This document shows positions 53,918 to 64,000 of a DNA stretch of 64,000 bases, in pieces. Under the pieces are notes generated by a model. The model searched no databases. It was not told the origin of the DNA and was given only the letters and a program-made list of their open reading frames with translations. The stretch is from an uncultured Pseudomonadota bacterium (GTDB lineage Bacteria > Myxococcota_A > UBA796 > SXON01). The number at the start of each line of letters is the position of its first letter. Within the stretch, counting starts at the first letter, position 1. The position numbers and the translations under genes were made by a program. The stretch spans positions 456 to 64,455 of the forward strand of contig CAISIK010000064.1 in NCBI GenBank assembly GCA_903885375.1. Reading direction: 5' to 3'.

Positions 53918-55297
53918 CTACAGTCGGGCGGCGGCGGCCTCGGCGAGCGCGCTGCGTTCGCCCTTGCGGAGCGTCACGTGGCCCGCCATCGGGCTCGTGC
54001 GGAAGCGCTCCACCACGTAGGAGAGGCCGTTGCTGGTGGCATCCACGTAGGGGTTGTCGATCTGGTAGCGGTCGCCCGTGAGCACCACCTTCGTGCCTTC
54101 ACCCGCGCGCGTGATGACGGTCTTGACCTCGTGCGGGGTGAGGTTCTGCGACTCGTCGATCACGAGGAACTGCCGGGGGAGCGAGCGCCCGCGGATGTAG
54201 GTGAGCGGCTCGATCTCGACGATCTTCTGGTCGAGGAGCGCCTGGTAGTTGGGGGTGTTGCTCTTGCCCGGGCCGCCGTTGCGCCCGTTGCTGCGCTCGT
54301 GGCCGGTGCCGGCCTGGTCTTCGCCGCCGCAGAGGAGCTCGAGCGAGTCGAAGATGGGCTTCATCCAGGGGTTCAGCTTCTCGTCGAGGCTGCCGGGAAG
54401 GAAGCCGATGTCCTTGCCGAGCGGGAAGACGGGTCGCGCCACGACGAGGCGACGGTAGAGCTTCTCGTCGGCCACGCGCTGCAGACCGCAGGCGATGGCG
54501 AGGAGCGTCTTGCCGGTGCCGGCCATGCCATCGAGCGTGACGAGGGCCACGGAGTCATCGAGCAGCAGGTCGAGCGCGAAGAGCTGCTCGCGGTTGCGCG
54601 CGAAGATGCCCCAGACGCCTTCCTTGTGCCGGCCGACGAGCGTGAGCCGCTGCTGCCGCTTGTCGAAGCGGGCCATCGCCGTTTGCGAGGGGTTGGCGCC
54701 GTTCTTCAGGATGACGAACTGGTTGGGCGAAACCACGCTGTCTTCGGGTTCGGCCAGCCAGCCGCGGTTGTAGATCTCGCCGATGAGGTCGGCATCGACC
54801 TCGCGCTCCACGACGCCGGTGTAGGCCTCATCGACCTCCACGTGGGCGTGCTCGAAGTCCTCGGCGTGGATGCCCAGCACCTCGGCCTTGATGCGCATGT
54901 TGGTGTCGCGGCTGACGAACACCACCGTGCTCTCCTTGCCGACATCGCGGAACACCTGCATCGTGATGCGGAGGATGGTGTTGTCGGCGCTGTCGAGCGC
55001 ACCGGCGAACAGCTCGCTGCACACGCCGGGCTCGCCGCATTCCACGCGCAGGCTGCCGCCGTTGGAGAGCGCGACACCCTCGCGCAGGTTGCCGTTCTCG
55101 CGCAGCGCATCGAGCTGCCGCGACACGGTGCGCGCGGCGCGACCGCGCTCGTTCAGCTCGCGCTTGAACTTGTCCAGCTCCTCGAGCACCGTGATGGGCA
55201 GCACGAGGTCGTGCTCATCGAAGACGTAGAGGGAGCCGGGGTCGTGGAGGAGGACGTTGGTGTCGAGGACGTAGGTCCGCTTGCCGGGACCGTGCAC
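53918..55297 (-). CDS. PIN-domain plus PhoH-like ATPase (PhoH2/YlaK-type)
   Basis: PIN start KRTYVLDTNVLL and Walker A GMAGTGKT. Start set at in-frame GTG 55297 because the upstream part of the track ORF is Arg-rich and overlaps the next gene. Confidence 0.85.
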   Translation of the reverse strand: MHGPGKRTYVLDTNVLLHDPGSLYVFDEHDLVLPITVLEELDKFKRELNERGRAARTVSRQLDALRENGNLREGVALSNGGSLRVECGEPGVCSELFAGALDSADNTILRITMQVFRDVGKESTVVFVSRDTNMRIKAEVLGIHAEDFEHAHVEVDEAYTGVVEREVDADLIGEIYNRGWLAEPEDSVVSPNQFVILKNGANPSQTAMARFDKRQQRLTLVGRHKEGVWGIFARNREQLFALDLLLDDSVALVTLDGMAGTGKTLLAIACGLQRVADEKLYRRLVVARPVFPLGKDIGFLPGSLDEKLNPWMKPIFDSLELLCGGEDQAGTGHERSNGRNGGPGKSNTPNYQALLDQKIVEIEPLTYIRGRSLPRQFLVIDESQNLTPHEVKTVITRAGEGTKVVLTGDRYQIDNPYVDATSNGLSYVVERFRTSPMAGHVTLRKGERSALAEAAAARL

Positions 55298-55440
55298 CGA
55301 TGGAGGGGCCAGGGGGAGCTCCGATGGGGGGGCGCGGGGAGGGGGGAGGGCAGCGGGGAGGGGGCCGACAGGCCGAGAGCAGCGGGGTACGTCAATATCC
55401 CCCGCGCACGTTGACGCGTCAAGCTGACGACGCGCCAGAT

Positions 55441-56001
55441 TCAGGGGACCTGGATCGTGGCCTCGGTCTCGCCGCCGCCGCCGAGATCGACGGAACGGCG
55501 GGTGTAGCGCACGTCGGGGGTGTCCATCCGCACGGTGCCGCCCGCGGTGCTGCCGCGGCCGATGTAGATCATGAGCGCCCCGCCGCCGTAGCGGCCCGGT
55601 GCGGCCACGAGGCGGACGTCGTTCTGGCCGTGCCGCAGCCAGGGGCCCACATCCACGATGGCCTGGGGATCGCCCGAGCGCACGTGACGGACGCTCACGC
55701 CGTTGACCTGCACGTCCACGTCGTGTCCGACGCTGTCGTGGTCCTCGGTCACGAGCCACCAGGTGCCGACGGCGATGCCGTTTGCCGCGGGAGGGGACGC
55801 ATCGGGCGCGGGCGGCGGAGGAGGCGACTTCTGCACGACCGTGACCCGATACATGGGGGCATCGATCCAGATGTTGCCGGCCTCGTCGAACCGAACGGTA
55901 ACGCCCTCCATGGACATGATCGGGGGCTGGTCGGCGCGGACGCCGTTGATGTACAGGTCGCCCGCGAGCGCCGCGCCCATCGCGGCGAGGAAGAGGCTCA
56001 C
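55441..56001 (-). CDS. hypothetical secreted protein
   Basis: 186 aa, short hydrophobic N-terminus, poly-Pro linker. ATGA overlap with the ihf-like gene. Confidence 0.55.
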   Translation of the reverse strand: MSLFLAAMGAALAGDLYINGVRADQPPIMSMEGVTVRFDEAGNIWIDAPMYRVTVVQKSPPPPPAPDASPPAANGIAVGTWWLVTEDHDSVGHDVDVQVNGVSVRHVRSGDPQAIVDVGPWLRHGQNDVRLVAAPGRYGGGALMIYIGRGSTAGGTVRMDTPDVRYTRRSVDLGGGGETEATIQVP

Positions 56002-56279
56002 GCCTTGCCTTCGAGGCGGAGCTTCAACTCCTTCCCCACGCGGAAGACGGGGAGCACCTTGGGGGCGACCTCGATGGAGGCGCCAGTGCGCGGATTGCGC
56101 CCGCTGTAGGCGCCGTAGTGCTTGGCCGAGAAGCTGCCGAAGCCGCGGAGCTCAACCCGGGCGCCCGACTGGAGCGACCGCGTGATGCCCGCGAAGAAGC
56201 CCTCCACGACCGCCTCGGCCACCTGCCGCGACACCGAATGGCGGTGCGCGAGGGCATCCACCAGCTCGCTGCGCGTCAC
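55998..56279 (-). CDS. HU/IHF-family DNA-binding protein (IHF-beta-like)
   Basis: 93 aa with RGFGSF, GRNPRTG and VPVFRVGKELK motifs. Confidence 0.9.
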   Translation of the reverse strand: MTRSELVDALAHRHSVSRQVAEAVVEGFFAGITRSLQSGARVELRGFGSFSAKHYGAYSGRNPRTGASIEVAPKVLPVFRVGKELKLRLEGKA

Positions 56280-57469
56280 CGCGGACGCTCCGACTGCGCG
56301 CTCTCGGTGGAGGGGGGCGGCGCGGCCGGGGAGAGCCCGAAGATGCGCCGCACGGCCGGCTCGTAGTGCCGCAGCGTGAGCGTGATCGGGGCGGCCACGT
56401 AGACCGACGAGTACGTTCCCACCGTGATGCCGATGAGCATGACCAGCGCGAACTGCTGGAGCACCGCGCCGCCGATGAAGAGGAAGGGAATCATGGCCAG
56501 CGAGGTGGCCAGGGCGGTCATGATCGTGCGCGACAGGGTCTGGTTGATGCTGTCGTTGATCAAGGTCCCGAAGTCCTTTTTTCGGTAACGTTCACCGTTC
56601 TCGCGGATTCGATCGTACACGATGATCGTGTCGTTGAGCGAGTAGCCCGAGAGCGTGAGGAGCGCGCTCACCGTGGAGAGGCCGAACTCCTGCCGGAAGA
56701 TCACGAGGATCCCGCAGGTGAAGAGCACGTCGTGCACGAGGCAGAGCGTGGCGCCCGGGGCGAAGCTGAGGTCGAAGCGGATGGCGATGTAGATGAGGTG
56801 GAGGATGGTGCTCACCACGAGCGCCGTGAGGCCGGCGGTACGCAGGCTGCTGCCCACCTTGGGGCCCACGCTGTCGGCACGATCGATGGTGAGGGCGTTG
56901 CCGGGCATGGCTGCCGTGAGCGCGGCCTTCACCGACTCGGACACGCCGGGAAGGCGCACGTACACGGAGTTCTCATCGGTGCCGCCCTGAACGGACACGC
57001 CGGTGATGCCGGAGAGCTCCTTGGCGATGGTGTCGGCGGAGAGCGGGGGGCCCTTGTAGACGAGGGACACGCGGGCGCCGACCTCGTTCTCCACTTCGAA
57101 CGACTCGATCCAGTCCTTGCCGTGTGCGGCTTCCAGCGTGGAGCGGACGGCAGTGAGGTCGGTCTCCTTCGCGGCGGTGTCGCCCTGCATGCGCAGCGCG
57201 AACTGGTTGGCGGAAGGGTCGCCCACCTGGGTGACGGCATCCTCGCCCACGCCCACGCCTTCGAGCGCCTCGCGCACATCGGCGATGGCCACGCTACCCT
57301 CGAAGTGCAGCTCGATCTCGGTGCCGCCGGTGAAGTCGATGCTCCAGCGAGGACCGACGACGATGAAGAGCACGAGCGAGATCGCGGACGAGATCAGCGA
57401 GGCGTAGGCCCAGAACCGACGGGTGCCGACGAAGTCGTAGTAGAAACCCTTGGGGATGAACTCGAACAT
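56276..57469 (-). CDS. secF: protein translocase subunit SecF
   Basis: 397 aa. Typical SecF N-terminus (FDFVGTRRFW) and six TM segments. Follows secD. Confidence 0.95.
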   Translation of the reverse strand: MFEFIPKGFYYDFVGTRRFWAYASLISSAISLVLFIVVGPRWSIDFTGGTEIELHFEGSVAIADVREALEGVGVGEDAVTQVGDPSANQFALRMQGDTAAKETDLTAVRSTLEAAHGKDWIESFEVENEVGARVSLVYKGPPLSADTIAKELSGITGVSVQGGTDENSVYVRLPGVSESVKAALTAAMPGNALTIDRADSVGPKVGSSLRTAGLTALVVSTILHLIYIAIRFDLSFAPGATLCLVHDVLFTCGILVIFRQEFGLSTVSALLTLSGYSLNDTIIVYDRIRENGERYRKKDFGTLINDSINQTLSRTIMTALATSLAMIPFLFIGGAVLQQFALVMLIGITVGTYSSVYVAAPITLTLRHYEPAVRRIFGLSPAAPPPSTESAQSERPR

Positions 57470-59228
57470 CAGATGCTCACCGTCGTGCGGTTGCGGGTGG
57501 TGAAGGCGAGCTCCATGAGGGTGCGCGACACGAACAGGCCGGTGAAGACGGTCGTGAAGATGCCGAGGCCCAGCGTGACGGCGAAGCCCTTCAGCGGGCC
57601 GGTGCCGTAGCTGTAGAGCACCACCGCGGCGAGGAGGGTGCAGATGTTGGCGTCGATGACTGCCACGCCCGCACGATCGAAGCCCACCTCGATGGCCTGG
57701 GCGGGGCCCTTGCCTTGCCGGATCTCTTCCCGGATGCGCTCGAACACGATGATGTTCGCATCCACCGCCATGCCGATGGTGAGCGCGATACCGCAGATGC
57801 CGGGCAGCGTGAGCGTGGCGTTGATCGCCACGAGGAGCGCCACGCAGAGCAGCGCGTTGAGCGCGAGGGACACGTCGGCCAACACGCCGCTCAGGCGGTA
57901 GTAGGCGGCGGCGAGCACGAAGACGAGCAGGCAGCCGAGCAGCGACGCGAGCGAGCCCTCGTGGATGGCCTTCTCGCCGAGCTGGGGGCCGATCTGGCGG
58001 ACCTCGCCGACGGTGACCGGAGCGGGGAGCGCGCCGCTCCGCAGGAAACGCGCGAGGTTGCTCGCGTTGTCGAACGTGTCCTGCAGGTTGCCGCCGCCCA
58101 CGGTGATGCTGGCCGTGCCGGAAATCTTGGACTGGATGGTGGGCGCGGAGCGCAGGCGACCGTCGAGTACGATGGCCAGGCGCTTGCCGATGTTGTTGCC
58201 GGTCACTTCGCTGAACACGGCGCTGCCATGGGGCTTGAAGTCGAGCGCCACGTAGTAGTGGCCCGCTTGCGAATCGAGGTTCGTGTAGGCGGTGGCGATG
58301 TCATCGCCGGTGAGGAGGACCTCCTCCTTCAGCACGAGCGGATCGAACCGCTGCTCCGGCACGCCCTCGGTGTAGTGCCAGAGCAGGCGTTGGCCGGGGT
58401 GAAGCACGCCGCGGTCCACGAGGGTGTCGGACACCTTCTGGTCGTCCTTCGCCTCCTCGGCGGAGAGACCGGCGATGATGCCCTCGGCGGCCTCGGAGAT
58501 GGCCTTGTGGTCGGCATCCTCATCGACGAGGAGGAACTCGAGCTGGGCGGTGGTGCCGAAGCTGGTCTTGGCCTTCTCGATGTCGCTCTCGCCGGGGAGC
58601 TGCACGTTGATGCCGGTGTCGCCCTTGCGGGTGATCGACGGCTCCTTCACGCCCGAGCTGTTGATGCGGTTGTCGATGACCTCGCGGGCCTGCTCGACCG
58701 CCTGCTTGCGGATTTCGGCCGCGCGGGTGTCGGACATGCGGAAGTGCATTCGGGTGATGCCCGCTTCTTCGTCGGTCTTCTCGTAGGTGTAGGACTGAAG
58801 ACGGGCGTTGACGACGGTCTTGACCGCCTCGACGGTGACGCCGGGCTCGGCCTGGACCAGGAGGACGGGCTCGCGGCGATCGCGGCGCACATCCACCAGG
58901 CCCACGCCCTTGTCCTTGGCCGCGGCCTTGAGCGGCTGGATCTCGCGCTGCACGGTGGAGCGAACGGCCTCGTCGACATCGACGTAGAGGGTGAGGTCGA
59001 TGCCGCCCTGAAGATCGAGCCCCTTCACCAGGATGTTGCAGGGGAGGTAGCCGGTGTACCAGGCCGGCGCCGGGCTGTTCTCCGGCTTGACCTTCACGGT
59101 CTGCAGCTCGCAGACGCGGACGATCTCCGCCTGCACTTCGGGCGGAGCGAAGCTGGGGGTGAGCATCCACACGCCCGCGAGGAGCGAGCTCACGGTGACG
59201 ACGATGCGCGCTACGAGTCCGGCTTCCA

Positions 59229-59229
<1 letters not shown>
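57469..59229 (-). CDS. secD: protein translocase subunit SecD
   Basis: 586 aa. Large periplasmic domain, then an RND-like TM bundle (LDLQGGIDL, GYSLNALL-type segments). Confidence 0.95.
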
Positions 59230-61751
<2,522 letters not shown>

Positions 61752-61843
61752 TTGGGCGCAGGCCTACTTCCGGCGCGACGGGTGGGCAAGCGCGGGCCGC
61801 CGCCCGGTACACGGGATAGCTGCCGGCGCCTCCCGGACCCCCA

Positions 61844-62938
61844 ATGACCGAAACTCCCGATCCCCGCTCCCCCCGCCGCCGGGGTGGTCCCCGTGAGCGC
61901 CTGGCCGCGCCCCCCGAAGTCGAGGTCGAGGTCGCTGCGCCCGCGCCTGCGCCGGCCCCCCGCGCCGCACGCTCCGCTCCCGTGGCCGCCCCCGCCGCGC
62001 CCTCTGCCCGCGAGACCACCGATTTCGACGGGCTGCGCGCCATCGGCGACATGGACCCCGCGGCGGTTCGCGCGGCGATGGAGGCGTTCACCCAACCCCG
62101 TACGCAGGGCCTCTTCAAGGTCGGGCAGCGGGTGGTGGGCCGGGTCACCAGCATCGGCGCCCAGGCCGTGTTCCTCGACCTCGGCGGCAAGTCCGATGCT
62201 TCGCTGGATCGCATGGAGCTCGGCGAGGTGGAGCTGGGCGAGCAGCTCGTGGCGTACGTGAGCGGCTTCGAGGGCGAGGTGCGCCTCACGCTCAAGCCCT
62301 CGGGCAGCGGCGCACGCGAGATGTTCGCCGAGGCCATGGCGGCCAAGGCCACGGTGCAGGGCACGGTCACGGCCGCCGCCGACTCCGGCTGGCAGGTGTC
62401 GCTCGGCGAGGGCGTTCGGGGCTTCTGCCCCGGCTCGCACACCGGCGAGGAGGACTGTGCCTCGGCGGAGCACGTAGGTCGCTCGTTCTCCTTCCTCGTG
62501 CACGATCTACGCGGGCGCGACGTGGTGCTCTCCCGCCGCGCGCTCATCGAAGCCGAGAACCGCGAAACGCAGAGCGCCCGCTACGGCGAAGCCGAAGTGA
62601 ACGCCGTGGTCACGGGCGTGGTGTCCCGCCTCGCCGACTTCGGCGCGTTCGTGAAGCTCGAGAACGGCCTCGAGGGGCTCGTGCACATCTCGAACCTCAC
62701 CGACCATCGGGTGAAGCACCCCTCCGAGGTGGTCAAGGAGGGCGACGAGGTGCGCGTGCGCGTGCTCGCCGTCGACCGCGCCCGCCGCCGGATCGATCTC
62801 GGTCTCCGTCAGGCCACCGAAGGCAACGCCGCGCCCGAGATGAGCGCCGCCCCCGAAGGTTCGCGCACCGGCTTCGGCCTCTTCGCGTCGCTCCTGAAGG
62901 ACGTGAAGGTGAAGGAGCCGAAGGCGAAGCGGAAGTAG
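61844..62938 (+). CDS. S1 RNA-binding domain protein
   Basis: Arg/Pro-rich N-terminus, then three S1-like repeats (for example [31 protein letters not shown]). Confidence 0.8.
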   Translation: MTETPDPRSPRRRGGPRERLAAPPEVEVEVAAPAPAPAPRAARSAPVAAPAAPSARETTDFDGLRAIGDMDPAAVRAAMEAFTQPRTQGLFKVGQRVVGRVTSIGAQAVFLDLGGKSDASLDRMELGEVELGEQLVAYVSGFEGEVRLTLKPSGSGAREMFAEAMAAKATVQGTVTAAADSGWQVSLGEGVRGFCPGSHTGEEDCASAEHVGRSFSFLVHDLRGRDVVLSRRALIEAENRETQSARYGEAEVNAVVTGVVSRLADFGAFVKLENGLEGLVHISNLTDHRVKHPSEVVKEGDEVRVRVLAVDRARRRIDLGLRQATEGNAAPEMSAAPEGSRTGFGLFASLLKDVKVKEPKAKRK

Positions 62939-62940
62939 CC

Positions 62941-63583
<643 letters not shown>

Positions 63584-63609
<26 letters not shown>

Positions 63610-64000
63610 GCGCCTCGAAGGCCGCACGTTTCCTTGCGACGTCGCTACCCTGCTCGGAGGGGTGCCAGGTGCCGATCGCATCGACCCCGGCGAAGCGCAC
63701 CCAGCGGCCCGGCTCGGCGGCGAGGAGCGCGCGGGCGTTCGGCCCGAGCGCGAGCACGACGCGGGGGCGCGCGGCTTCGATCTGGGCTTGAACTCCCACG
63801 GCGCACGTGGCGCAGGCGCGGGGGTGGAACGTGAGCACGTCGGCCGGCTCCACCCCGACCACCCGCACGAGCATGTTGGTGAGGGTGGCGGCGTCGGTGT
63901 CGGTGCCGGCGTCGTAGAGCATGGCCATGCCGCTGGTGAGGCCGCCGGTCGCCAGCTGCGGCAACTCGCCGCAGCCCGGGCATGCTTCGCCCAGCTTCTC
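63584..64000 (-). CDS. uracil-DNA glycosylase superfamily-like protein, 5-prime partial at the window edge
   Basis: The frame stays open to position 64000. Family-4-like layout (CPGC ... VVLALGPNA ... GTWHPS), but the GE.PG motif is degenerate. Confidence 0.5.

Overview
High-GC bacterial chromosomal segment. A hand count of 24991-25050 gives 43/60 G+C. It is densely coding on both strands, and many neighbouring genes overlap by 1-4 nt (ATGA/GTGA), which suggests translational coupling. I support about 60 protein genes and one tRNA-Leu(CAA). I saw no rRNA, CRISPR array, transposase or integrase. The many lipoproteins with acidic DTG-rich tethers, an alternative complex III operon and a spherulation-family protein fit a Myxococcota-like lineage; this is inference only.

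The recognisable backbone is:
- alkaline phosphatase
- ACIII (actABCDEF plus cytochrome c)
- valS
- an envelope glycoconjugate cluster
- a CpxP-like gene with an OmpR-type regulator and histidine kinase
- moaDE
- a plsB-like/gpsA-like/murI operon
- msrB and msrA
- queA-tgt-yajC-secD-secF-ihf, followed by a PIN-PhoH gene

Two lower-GC islands stand out, at about 27.1-30.5 kb and 41.4-44.0 kb. Hand counts there give about 58-59 percent G+C.
- Each island is headed by an apparently paralogous beta-rich protein of unknown family. The copy in island 1 is internally duplicated.
- Island 1 is a three-gene overlapping operon behind a near-consensus promoter whose spacer contains a G10 tract, a candidate phase switch.
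- Island 2 carries a metzincin-type protease overlapping (GTGA) a Cys-rich lipoprotein, and has a G9 tract inside the protease gene.
- A conserved stem-loop, with an identical 20-mer and covarying outer stems, occurs about 160 nt upstream of both the CpxP-like gene and island 2.

All family assignments come from motif recognition by eye. No searches were run. The many long antisense ORFs in the track are treated as high-GC artefacts.
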